63,357 nt of DNA from Thermoplasmatota archaeon (GTDB lineage: Archaea > Thermoplasmatota > E2 > JACPAO01 > JAHFTW01): the NCBI GenBank assembly GCA_041659985.1, contig JBAZXE010000004.1:1-63357 (forward strand), given 5' to 3'. The stretch's first letter is position 1; the number at the start of each line of letters is the position of its first letter. Of this stretch, positions 7,962 through 16,393 are shown piece after piece. The notes under the pieces are model-generated. The model worked only from the letters and a program-made list of their open reading frames with translations. It had not been told where the DNA came from and ran no database searches. Position numbers and translations under genes: made by a program.

Positions 7962-8168
7962 GTGGCGGAGAACGTCGGCATCCGCGACGGGCAGGCCCGC
8001 ACAACCCTCGGGGTCGTCGCCTTGTTCGTGACTGGATTCCTGGTCGCCTACGCCCAAGCCTCCCCGTGGTCTTTGGTCCTCATGGGCCTGGCCCTCGTGC
8101 TCCTGGCATCTGGGACCTTGCGGTCATGTCCGCTGTACGGCCTCTTCGGCTACAGCACGTGCAAGTAG
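7962..8168 (+). CDS. DUF2892 (YgaP-like) small membrane protein
   Basis: 68 aa with a GTG start directly after the MCO stop. Two TM helices and the C-terminal SCPLYGLFGYSTC motif characteristic of DUF2892. Confidence 0.75.
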   Translation: MAENVGIRDGQARTTLGVVALFVTGFLVAYAQASPWSLVLMGLALVLLASGTLRSCPLYGLFGYSTCK

Positions 8169-8216
8169 GACCCGTCCCCCTTCCCCACTTCTCCTCTCTT
8201 TCCTGCTTGGTGTTCC

Positions 8217-9836
8217 ATGGTTGCCCGCCCCTTCGTCCTGCTTGCCGCCCTGACCGCCCTTCTGGCTGCTTCGCTGTCAGGCTGTTTCGGCGCCGAGTCG
8301 GAGGCCTTCGTGCCCGGAACGAATTACAAAGAAACCGGCCACATCGTCCACCTCAAGGCAACCGTCGTCGACCTTGCCGGCCAGGAAATCTATCCAGGCT
8401 TCAAGGCGAACCTCTGGGCGTACTGCTTCGCCCCCGTCGACCCCACCGACACGTACTCCGCCAACGCCATCGAAGCCCGCGAACCCCTCGCTGGCGACAT
8501 TGTCCCGGCGGGTTGGGAGCGTGGCCAATGTGGCGTCCCGGGGCCGACCCTGCGCGTCAAGCAGGGGGACCACGTGAAGGTCGAGTTCAGCAACTCCCAC
8601 TTCCACCCGCACACCATCCACTGGCACGGCCAATTCGTGCCCTGGGAATCGGACGGCGTACCCGGCGGCACACAGGACACCGTCGCTTCAGGCGGCTCGT
8701 TCACCTACGACTTCATCGCCAAACGCGCCGGAACCCTGTGGTACCACTGCCACGTCGACACCCAACTGCACGTCATGCAAGGCCTGTACGGCGTCATCAT
8801 CGTCGAACCCCAAGACGACCGCTGGGAACCCGAGGATGTCGACCACGATGAGACCATTGTCATCAGCAGTCTCCGCCGCGAACTGGTGGAAGCGATTCCA
8901 GGTGTCGGATTGCACAACCACCCCGCCGGCTGCGCCTCCGGGTTCGTGGGTTGCGAGAACCCCGCCGTCAAGGTCCAACCGGACGTGTTCCTGCTCAACG
9001 GCCACAGCCTTCCCTACACCTTGGATGACCCAGCCACGATGCTGCACCTGAAGGAAGGTGAACGCATGCGGCTCCGCTTCGTCAACGCCGGCACCACCGT
9101 GGAGGAGATGCACCCCCATGGCCACGACATGCTCGTGACGCACAAGGACGGCAACCCCATCCCGCCCAACCAGCGTCTCTGGGTGGACACTCTCATCATC
9201 GGCCCCGGCGAACGCTACGATGTCATCATCGAGGGCAACAATCCAGGTATCTGGGCGTTCCACACCCACGTCACCGACCATGAGACCAACTGCTGGAAGG
9301 CTCCCGGCGGCATGCACACCATGCTGGTTTACGACGGCTTCGAGGACCAGATGGGGGCCTTCCGGGGTGAAGCCCTGGCGACTTGCGCGTACCAATCCGG
9401 ACTCGTCCTGCCCGGCGACTTCGCGGACTCTGCGACGTTCGACTTCGGCGCCGTCACGCCCGCCGAACCCGTGGTGCAGTCGTGGGGCTTCCCCGTGACG
9501 TTGGCGTGCGCCGTGCGTAAACTCGACGCCCGCGCCCGCCTCGAGACCATGGCCACCACTGCAGCCTTCAACGACCTCCAGGTCACCATCCGGGACCCGG
9601 AAGGTGCCGATGCCGCTACCTTCGCTTTGGGCGAGGCCCGCAACGCGACTTACGCCTTGGAGGGCAGCGGATTGTCCGACCTGCGGCAAGGCAACTACAC
9701 GCTCGCGGTCACGGCCAACCAGGCATTGGAAGCCACGGTGGAGCTCTCGGTTGCCATCGACTACTACGAGACCTTCGAACAGAGCCGGACCGCCCACCTC
9801 GTCAACAAGGTGGGGGGATGTCCGGGATACACATGA
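8217..9836 (+). CDS. Two-domain multicopper oxidase with C-terminal extension, lipoprotein (type-C-like; paralog of 964..2313)
   Basis: LLAASLSGC lipobox. Domain 1 has HTIHWHG and WYHCHVDTQLHVMQGL. Domain 2 has MHPHGH and FHTHV (Cys replaced by Thr). An extra C-terminal region of about 150 aa follows. Confidence 0.9.
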   Translation: MVARPFVLLAALTALLAASLSGCFGAESEAFVPGTNYKETGHIVHLKATVVDLAGQEIYPGFKANLWAYCFAPVDPTDTYSANAIEAREPLAGDIVPAGWERGQCGVPGPTLRVKQGDHVKVEFSNSHFHPHTIHWHGQFVPWESDGVPGGTQDTVASGGSFTYDFIAKRAGTLWYHCHVDTQLHVMQGLYGVIIVEPQDDRWEPEDVDHDETIVISSLRRELVEAIPGVGLHNHPAGCASGFVGCENPAVKVQPDVFLLNGHSLPYTLDDPATMLHLKEGERMRLRFVNAGTTVEEMHPHGHDMLVTHKDGNPIPPNQRLWVDTLIIGPGERYDVIIEGNNPGIWAFHTHVTDHETNCWKAPGGMHTMLVYDGFEDQMGAFRGEALATCAYQSGLVLPGDFADSATFDFGAVTPAEPVVQSWGFPVTLACAVRKLDARARLETMATTAAFNDLQVTIRDPEGADAATFALGEARNATYALEGSGLSDLRQGNYTLAVTANQALEATVELSVAIDYYETFEQSRTAHLVNKVGGCPGYT

Positions 9837-9851
9837 CTGGGGAGAGACTCG

Positions 9852-10526
9852 ATGGACGACGACCCTGCAGCATCCGCTAATCCCCGAAACCCGGATTCCT
9901 TGACTATCCGGGAGCGACGCGCAAGGAACGCGAAGGCGCAGGCACGAAAGCAACTCCCCAAAGAATTGGTGCGCAGGTCGATGATACCAGCAATCGTCAT
10001 CTTGATTCTGGGCGCCATTGCTCTCGGACTGAACTTCAAGTCCACTGGCACGGAGGACTGCCCCGGCCACTGGCATGCTGCATTCGCCATCTTCGTCAAC
10101 GATGCACGGTTGAACTACTCAGAGCCCGAGCAGCACCCGGTCGCCTACGGGGCGGCCGGCCACGACCACCACCTCCATGGCGACGACGGCATCTACCATT
10201 TCCACCCACCCGTCGAACGCTGCATTCCCGTCCGCGCCATGCTCGAGCGGCTCGACGTAGGCATCGACGGAGATTCCTTGCTTGTCGGATCGACGCACGG
10301 CCCACTGGCCGGAACCTACAACGCAACCGCAGACGCAACGCTGCAGATTTGGCATCAGCCCTACGGCGGCGCTTGGGAGATTGCGGCTTGGCCCAAAATC
10401 AAGGAACTCCAGCTGGGCGACGGCGATCGCATCCTGTTCACGTACGGTGACCAGAATCCAGCGACCCTTGAGGCCCAGAAGAATTCCATGAAGGACTTGG
10501 GGACCTACGACCCCGGAGATGTCTAG
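9852..10526 (+). CDS. Membrane-anchored histidine-cluster protein, putative metal binding
   Basis: 224 aa. Basic N-tail, one TM (MIPAIVILILGAIALGL), then CPGHWHAAFAIFVND ... GHDHHLHGDDGIYHFHPP. Confidence 0.7.
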   Translation: MDDDPAASANPRNPDSLTIRERRARNAKAQARKQLPKELVRRSMIPAIVILILGAIALGLNFKSTGTEDCPGHWHAAFAIFVNDARLNYSEPEQHPVAYGAAGHDHHLHGDDGIYHFHPPVERCIPVRAMLERLDVGIDGDSLLVGSTHGPLAGTYNATADATLQIWHQPYGGAWEIAAWPKIKELQLGDGDRILFTYGDQNPATLEAQKNSMKDLGTYDPGDV

Positions 10527-10983
10527 CGAGCGTGAGACAATGAAGGACGAAACCCGACGCATGTTCCGCCGCCGCCCCGACCCGGTGCGCGTCATTGTGG
10601 CCAAGGCCCGCATCGACGGCGGCGTCGCCATCGAGCCCAACGCGCCGAAGCAGGTCAAAGTCGCTCCCGGCCAAGCCTTGGAGCTCGCCTTCCCCTACAG
10701 TTTGCGGGAAGCCAGCCCAGACCGCGAGGCCTACTCGCTTCGGCTCTCATCCCACATCGGCGTCATGGCCGTTCCCCCTGACGAGAAACGGTGGGGCGAC
10801 CGCTGGGGCTGGCCAGAGGCCCTCGACGGATTCCTACTGCAACGCTACCACCTTGAGCGCGGCCGGCACGAGTTGGCGTACACGACCGAAGCCAGCTACC
10901 GCGTCACGCCGTGGAGGGGCAATGGCCCAGGCATTCCTCAAACCAAGCGGCTTGACGGAACCATTGAGGTGATCTGCAAGTGA
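10519..10983 (+). CDS. Hypothetical protein in the copper operon
   Basis: 154 aa. Its start overlaps the upstream stop by 8 nt and its stop overlaps the next start by 4 nt (GTGA). I recognise no motif. Confidence 0.55.
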   Translation: MSSERETMKDETRRMFRRRPDPVRVIVAKARIDGGVAIEPNAPKQVKVAPGQALELAFPYSLREASPDREAYSLRLSSHIGVMAVPPDEKRWGDRWGWPEALDGFLLQRYHLERGRHELAYTTEASYRVTPWRGNGPGIPQTKRLDGTIEVICK

Positions 10984-11261
10984 GCCTCATCCCAATCCTG
11001 ATTGCCTGCACCATGGGCCTCGCCGCGGGCGTCGGCGTCATCGGAAACGAAGTCACCCACGGAGCATGGTCAGAATCCATGGGCCTGGGCCACCACCACC
11101 TAGCCGACTACGGCGGATACCATTGCGCCGCCCACGAATCACAGGCGCACATGCAACACATGCACAACGGAACGTTCACCGATCACCAGCATTGTCCGGG
11201 TGGAGTGCACATGCATGGCGATGGCCACCGTCACAACCACGGCGGTATGCACGATGCGTAA
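10980..11261 (+). CDS. Membrane-anchored His/Met/Cys-rich small protein (cassette copy 1)
   Basis: 93 aa, N-terminal TM, then NEVTHG..MGLGHHHLADYGGYHCAAH..QHMHNGT..HQHCPGGVHMH. Paralog of 25410..25694. Confidence 0.7.
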   Translation: MSLIPILIACTMGLAAGVGVIGNEVTHGAWSESMGLGHHHLADYGGYHCAAHESQAHMQHMHNGTFTDHQHCPGGVHMHGDGHRHNHGGMHDA

Positions 11262-11433
11262 GCATCTGCCAATCCTCTGGATGTGCAGCGGATTCTTGGC
11301 GCTGATGCTCACCCTCAGCTTCACCGGAAACGGAACCCTTGGAACCGGAGTTCCCGTCTGGTTATCCGTGACGCTGGCGCTAACGGCGGTGGCCGTAGGC
11401 ATTTGGGCAGCGGCGCGAGCTACCCATGCCTAG
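11254..11433 (+). CDS. Small two-TM membrane protein (cassette copy 1)
   Basis: In-frame ATG 11254 within listed ORF 11200..11433 (MRKHLPILWMCSGFLALMLTLSFTGNGT...). 8-nt overlap (ATGCGTAA) with the upstream gene. Shares the SFTGNGT and IWAA motifs with 25687..25917. Confidence 0.6.
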   Translation: MRKHLPILWMCSGFLALMLTLSFTGNGTLGTGVPVWLSVTLALTAVAVGIWAAARATHA

Positions 11434-11557
11434 TCACGGGCCGCTGAATCGTGTTGGTGGTGAAGGCTTGACCAAAATCGCTCGCAATTTCAACGTCGAT
11501 TTGGGGCGGACTCCCTAAAACTCCCCGCCACTTCGAATCGGACCTTCCGACAGATGC

Positions 11558-11702
11558 GGAACCCGTACGGCATGACGCCTATACCTTCCATGAGGTTCGG
11601 TAGCTCTTGCCCCCCAATGCGCCCACAAAGCGGCCGCCAATAGTGGGAGATCCTCGGCATGTTGTAGGCATATTGTCAGCAACGGCGCCGGGACCCACTA
11701 CA
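11558..11702 (+). repeat. 145-bp imperfect direct repeat, copy 1
   Basis: Hand alignment with 16394..16538 gives about 114/145 identical positions without gaps. Near-perfect cores are CGGCATGA(C/G)GCCTATACCTTCCATGAGGTTCGGTAGC and GTTGTAGGCATATTGTCAGCAACGGCGCC. Confidence 0.8.
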
Positions 11703-11752
11703 TGGACCACGGCCTGGAGACCACAAAATATCGGTGTTTGTGGGCGTCCGGC

Positions 11753-11932
11753 TCAGTTGAGCAGCATGGATAGTCGGACCATTCCATAGACGACGACGCC
11801 CAAGATGCCGCCTACAATTCCACCGCCAACGGCGATACTCGCGTCCTTGGCAAGACTGCCAGCTACGGCGGATCCAATCATGCCGGGCACTACCAAAGCG
11901 ATGACAAAAATCGCGAGGTCCACCAGTGCCAT
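11753..11932 (-). CDS. Small Gly-rich membrane protein
   Basis: Internal ATG 11932 of ORF 11753..12001 gives MALVDLAIFVIALVVPGMIGSAVAGSLAKDASIAVGGGIVGGILGVVVYGMV. The two Gly-rich TM helices are reminiscent of GlsB/YeaQ-type stress proteins. Confidence 0.5.
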   Translation of the reverse strand: MALVDLAIFVIALVVPGMIGSAVAGSLAKDASIAVGGGIVGGILGVVVYGMVRLSMLLN

Positions 11933-12019
11933 GGGCCAATGACCAACGCGGAGCTCTTGAAGCCGACCGGGTGGAGTGAATGCAACCTCCCTGCAGGTCA
12001 CGTTGCCTGCGACGGCAAA

Positions 12020-13441
12020 CTAGCGGAACGTTGCTCCTTCGATGCGCAGAACGCCCCGGAACGTCGAGACGCCACTGTCGATGTGGACCCCATGAAGGCC
12101 TGCGGCCACGTCGCACTTCGCGTCCAGCAGCCAGGTGCCACTGGTGGAGACTCCGATGAGGGCAACGAACGTTCCCTTGGCGTCGCACTTGCCTGGTCCC
12201 TCCAGCACGAGTTCGCGACTGCCGCCGTTGTAGAGGCCTAGCCAGACTTTCAGTGACCCGCCCTTGGATGCCACGGTGAAGTCATACCCGCTGCCGGGCG
12301 TCACGATGATTTCGCGTTCGTCCCTTTGCCCCGCGCTAGACCCTTCGGCCATGGTGGTTCGTTGGAGGCCAGGCGAGAAGGGGACGGGGTGCATGGGCTC
12401 ATGGCGGTACGCCGTGGCCGTGATGGTGTAGGTGGCGCCCTCTACGGTGCGGGCGGGGCTGCTCGGGCCCGTCACCAAGAAGCCCCATAGGCTCCGCTTG
12501 GCGTATGGACCGTCGCCGTTGCCTTCCACCGCGATGCGGTAGATGCGTTCCGAGTCGCTGGATTCGGCGGGCTCCACAATGCGCAGGGCACGTGTGTCGC
12601 CGGCATGGTACTGGAACTGTAGGCCGTTGGGCAGTTCCTGTGATGTCACGACGCGGATCTCCACGTAAGCAGCATCGGTGGGAACAATGGCGCCGTCCAT
12701 GGGCACGTGCTCGACGGGGCAGTTGAAGGCCATCATCGGGAATGGCTGGCACCCACCAAAGGGCTCGAGCCAAAGGTCGTAGATTGCCTGATCCTCTTCG
12801 ATCAAGAGGATTTCGTTGGTTCCGTTCCATTGGTCCGGGTGTCCGGGGTACAATGGAATGGGGCGTCCGCGTTCCGCCTCCACAATCAATCGCATCGTGC
12901 CTTTGAATCGCTCGAAGCCGTCCTCGCCGGTGCCAAGCACAACGAACCTCCAACTGGAGACGACTTGGTGGGGAAGGTCGTTGTCGACGTCTTCGGCGGG
13001 CAGCTCGACTTTGCCGTCCTGGAAGGCGACAGGGTCCGAGAGGTTGGTCGAGGCGGCCGTGCTGTAGCGGACGGACAGGTCGCCGACGCGGTCACCGGGG
13101 GCGGCTGCGTACTCGAGAGCCAAGTGGACCTGGGCGGTGCCTTGCGGGACAACGCTTCCGTCGGGCGGGAGGAATTCTGCCATCCAGACCATGTTGTCGC
13201 CATTGATGGTCAGTTCGTGCCGGCCTTGCCAGGTTTCATCGAGGATGCCAATGCGGTCTCGTCCGCCCCAGTAGTCATGGACGTGCGGGCGGGCCAACGC
13301 GTTGCTCTCGTTGAGGTACGTGTAGTCGCCAGGAGAGGTCACCAGAATTGGATCGTCCGCAGCGGCCTGTTCGTCGGACGGGCCAGCGCAGCCCGCAAGG
13401 AGCAGGATTGCCAAAGCGGCCAGGGTGCGGGTGGGATTCAT
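12020..13441 (-). CDS. Secreted lipoprotein, unknown function
   Basis: MNPTRTLAALAILLLAGC lipobox, 473 aa. Its ATG 13441..13439 overlaps the TGA 13440..13438 of the upstream regulator gene (ATGA). Confidence 0.75.
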   Translation of the reverse strand: MNPTRTLAALAILLLAGCAGPSDEQAAADDPILVTSPGDYTYLNESNALARPHVHDYWGGRDRIGILDETWQGRHELTINGDNMVWMAEFLPPDGSVVPQGTAQVHLALEYAAAPGDRVGDLSVRYSTAASTNLSDPVAFQDGKVELPAEDVDNDLPHQVVSSWRFVVLGTGEDGFERFKGTMRLIVEAERGRPIPLYPGHPDQWNGTNEILLIEEDQAIYDLWLEPFGGCQPFPMMAFNCPVEHVPMDGAIVPTDAAYVEIRVVTSQELPNGLQFQYHAGDTRALRIVEPAESSDSERIYRIAVEGNGDGPYAKRSLWGFLVTGPSSPARTVEGATYTITATAYRHEPMHPVPFSPGLQRTTMAEGSSAGQRDEREIIVTPGSGYDFTVASKGGSLKVWLGLYNGGSRELVLEGPGKCDAKGTFVALIGVSTSGTWLLDAKCDVAAGLHGVHIDSGVSTFRGVLRIEGATFR

Positions 13442-15450
13442 GCTAGGCCATCCATTGCCCGGTCCTTCTTAGGGCGCTTGGCGGACCCTTCGAGAGTTGC
13501 GTTCGCTTCGTGCGCGAGGCGGCGGCCGAATTCCGTGAGGCGGAACCGCCGGGCCTTGCCATCGCGCTCGCTGGCCAGGAGGCCAGCCTTCCAAAGGCGT
13601 TGGGCATGGTGGTGGACAGTGGCGTATCCGAGGCCCGTGGCTGCCATCAGGCCCTTGAAGGAAGGAGCGCCGTGGACCTCTACGGCCAGCAGGACCGCCT
13701 GAGCTCCACGGGATTTCAGGACGGGCACGGCCTCTTGGAGGCGCTCGTCGAGGCTGCCGCGCGGGAAGTAGCAGTGGTAGGCGCCAATCTGTCTCTCGCC
13801 CAGGTAGCCGGCTCCGCTGAGCCGGTTCAGGTGGTGGATGGCAGTGTTGCTTGAGATGCCGAGACGCTGGGCGACTTGGCTCGGATGGATTCCCGGTTCT
13901 TCGTGGACCAGGTCATGCACACGGCGCCGCAAGGGGTGGTCGAGCATGCGGCTAGCTTCGATGCGGCTGAAGAGGGGGATGGCGACTTTGAGAGAAGGCC
14001 AGGCCACCGCAAGGAACGCCGCGATAAGGCTGACAATCCCAACCGTCACCGCAGCAGGCGAGCTGGGTTCTGGGAATGGTGCGCGCCTGTCGGGGACCTG
14101 GGCCGCAGGCTCAAATGGACCATCGGAGAGGAGGTCAGGCCTCGCCTCACCGAGTTCAAGCTGCTCGACGGCAAGAAGCCCGCCGTCGCCAGCCACGCGC
14201 AGGACAGCCGACGAGGCCAGGGGGCGTTGCCAGCGCTCGGTGGACGGCCTTGCAGCCCCGAACGTTTCGGCAAAGACCTGGACCTCGGATCGGATGGCGG
14301 TGCAGGAGATCGTAGTGCAGGCAATGGAGAAACCCCAGGCCGTCGGCTCCTTGCCGGTTGCTGCCGCGAAGGCCAAGTTAAGGCCGCCCAGCGCCGGCAG
14401 CTTGGTAGGCGCCAAGGTCAAGGGTGGAAGCACGGAGGGGGGTGGGTCAATGGGATAGTCAAGCGCGTCTGGCCCCGCCACTCTCAGCGAAGACGGCAAG
14501 GCGTCGAGGGCGGCCGGCTCGCGGATGACGACGCGTTCCACGCGATTGGGGCCGGCCGCCACGACCAGGTGCCACGTCTCTTGCATGAGGCCGGCGGCAT
14601 CTGTGGCCGTGTAGAGGCGGGCATAGGCGACGTAGGCGTCTGGCCGCTCGAGGAGGTCGCCTGCAGCGGAGTCGGCTGGTGCGCTTCGCAATGCGTCCAA
14701 TGCCTCGACGATACCGAAAGCACCGGGGCCATCACCAGTTGGGCCCGGTACGCCGCGCGGTTCAAGCGTCAAGCGGGGCAGGGCGGCCACGGCGGCCGGG
14801 GCGGACCAGTCGGCGACGCTGCGACCAGACTCGACCAGTTCCAGGCGGTGGACGGTTTGGCCGGGGCCGGCAGATCCCAGGAGGTCGGAGGTCGGCCATG
14901 TGACTACGGTGGGCCAAGGGGTCCCGGGTTGGATGGCGGAGGCGCAGGCCGGAACTTTGCCTTGCGCCAGGAGGCTGAAACCGCATGGCAAGGCGGCCTG
15001 GCCCCACTCAAGCCGGCTCCATGACATGGGCTGCGACGAATCAGCGGCGCCTGGAAGGCCGGGTTCGCCCTGTGACATCGTAGCAGCACCCGCCTTCCCC
15101 ACTGCGACGACGACGTCGTTTTCGGTTACCCAGTACGTCCACGCGACTTGCCCGCGCCCATCCAGGGTCTCGTGCTCGAAGGAGAACACGATGGGCGTCG
15201 CAAACGCTGGCAAGCCGTGACGGTCCGCAACCGTGGCAGGCGCCCCGGCGTCGACGTTGAGAGACTCCATGACGGCCTGGCCTGAAATGCCCGTGGCGAG
15301 TTCCATCGTCATGACCCGGTACTCGCCGTGGTCGCCGAATGCCAAGGCCGGCGCGGCCGGCTCCTCAGCGCTTGCCGTGATGGCGTGCATGCCAAGGCCC
15401 AGCCCCAGCACCAGCAGAAACGCCACAATGCCCCTCCTGGTGGCCGCCAA
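13438..15450 (-). CDS. Single-pass membrane protein: large extracytoplasmic domain plus two cytoplasmic winged-helix DNA-binding domains
   Basis: 670 aa. Signal-like N-terminus, an outside region of about 470 aa, TM VTVGIVSLIAAFLAVAW, then HPSQVAQRLGISSNTAIHHLNRLSGAGYL and FKGLMAATGLGYATVHHHAQRLWKAGLL wHTH units. TTG start 15450 (alternative GTG 15426). Confidence 0.8.
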   Translation of the reverse strand: MAATRRGIVAFLLVLGLGLGMHAITASAEEPAAPALAFGDHGEYRVMTMELATGISGQAVMESLNVDAGAPATVADRHGLPAFATPIVFSFEHETLDGRGQVAWTYWVTENDVVVAVGKAGAATMSQGEPGLPGAADSSQPMSWSRLEWGQAALPCGFSLLAQGKVPACASAIQPGTPWPTVVTWPTSDLLGSAGPGQTVHRLELVESGRSVADWSAPAAVAALPRLTLEPRGVPGPTGDGPGAFGIVEALDALRSAPADSAAGDLLERPDAYVAYARLYTATDAAGLMQETWHLVVAAGPNRVERVVIREPAALDALPSSLRVAGPDALDYPIDPPPSVLPPLTLAPTKLPALGGLNLAFAAATGKEPTAWGFSIACTTISCTAIRSEVQVFAETFGAARPSTERWQRPLASSAVLRVAGDGGLLAVEQLELGEARPDLLSDGPFEPAAQVPDRRAPFPEPSSPAAVTVGIVSLIAAFLAVAWPSLKVAIPLFSRIEASRMLDHPLRRRVHDLVHEEPGIHPSQVAQRLGISSNTAIHHLNRLSGAGYLGERQIGAYHCYFPRGSLDERLQEAVPVLKSRGAQAVLLAVEVHGAPSFKGLMAATGLGYATVHHHAQRLWKAGLLASERDGKARRFRLTEFGRRLAHEANATLEGSAKRPKKDRAMDGLA

Positions 15451-15476
15451 CAGCTGACCACCCCCGCCTGGACCTC

Positions 15477-15526
15477 AAAACCCCTGTGGTGGAAGTTCCG
15501 ATAGATGCGGGTCAAATCCCCTGTGG
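15477..15526 (-). promoter_or_regulatory. Two direct repeats AA(A/T)CCCCTGTGG upstream of the membrane-bound regulator gene
   Basis: Repeats at 15477..15489 and 15514..15526, 37 nt apart, about 27-76 nt upstream of the start at 15450. The proximal one overlaps a T-rich stretch on the coding strand (GGGGTTTTGA). Confidence 0.35.
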
Positions 15527-15596
15527 CGAGCCGCGGATCGGCAGTTCGGCGCCATAGTTCGTCATCGGCATGGCCAGATGGCCTGCTGCATGCCAG

Positions 15597-16361
15597 CTAA
15601 GGGTCTTGACGCGGCCAGACTTGGCGGGCCCACGTCTTCGCGGCGGCAAGCAGCAGGGCAATCGGCAAGCCAATGATGATGGTGGGAACGAGGGCGAAAC
15701 CGCGGCCCGGCCCTTCGCAGAATTCCGTTGGCGGGCAGGGGTTTGACCCCCACAACAGGTCCGGCAACCCGTCGATGGCGAGAAGTAGGAAGGCCAGGAG
15801 GCAGCCGGCCAGCGCCGGCCAGGGGCGCAATGCCACCACGGCGGCGGGGGTGACGATGAGTGGCACGAGGAAGCCCACGTCGTCAATGCGGACGGCTGCC
15901 GCAATGGCTGCCAGCATGGCGACGGTGGCCAGCGCGGTCATCCAAATCCAGGCCCCCGTCGCCTGGCCAACCGTCTCGCCGGGCCGTCGCAAGTCCCGCC
16001 GCGCCAGCTCCCCGACGGCCAAGCCGAGCAAGAGCGGTATCAGGTCGCTGGCCAGTGACGGCGGCGCTGCGATGGCTGTGCAACCTTCGGGGGTGCACGA
16101 CGTGGCCATGGAGCGGATTGCCGAGCGCAGGACAAGGCCCAGCAGCCACCCCGTCCCCACGCCGGCGGCCGCCGCCCAGCGCGGCCTGGTCGTGGCCTGC
16201 AGCGCGATGCAGGCGAGCGTGAAGACTACAACGCCTTGCAGCCCATGGCGGCCAGGCCACGCCATGAACACGGCCGCGGCGGCCAAGCCGAGGCCGCCGA
16301 AGAGGACAGCCCATGCGGCGTCGCGACGCTCCACGCGGCCTGTGCGGCGGCGGGAGGCCAT
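15597..16361 (-). CDS. Polytopic membrane protein with paired Cys motifs
   Basis: ORF 15597..16463. Start taken at ATG 16361 (MASRRRTGRVERRDAAWAVLFGGLG) because the upstream 100 nt belong to the non-coding repeat. Contains the CTPEGC and CPPTEFC motifs. Confidence 0.6.
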   Translation of the reverse strand: MASRRRTGRVERRDAAWAVLFGGLGLAAAAVFMAWPGRHGLQGVVVFTLACIALQATTRPRWAAAAGVGTGWLLGLVLRSAIRSMATSCTPEGCTAIAAPPSLASDLIPLLLGLAVGELARRDLRRPGETVGQATGAWIWMTALATVAMLAAIAAAVRIDDVGFLVPLIVTPAAVVALRPWPALAGCLLAFLLLAIDGLPDLLWGSNPCPPTEFCEGPGRGFALVPTIIIGLPIALLLAAAKTWARQVWPRQDP

Positions 16362-16393
16362 GAGGGTTGTGGCCGGATCCGCGAACGGCGATT

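Noticed and set aside
8688-10076. 462-aa minus-strand ORF
   Set aside because: It is antisense to the 8217..9836 MCO and the 9852 gene, both of which have clear motifs.
11531-11541. tRNA T-loop-like string CTTCGAATCGG
   Set aside because: The flanking bases do not form a T-stem, and no acceptor or anticodon arms can be drawn. I found no convincing tRNA or rRNA anywhere in the window.
11558-11702. Possibility that the 145-bp repeat is protein-coding (both copies translate to LPNLMEGIG(V/L)MPY on the minus strand)
   Set aside because: The copies differ by a 1-nt C-run length change and have diverged spacers between identical nucleotide cores. Copy 1 would give only a short dead-end ORF. The conservation pattern is nucleotide-level rather than codon-level.
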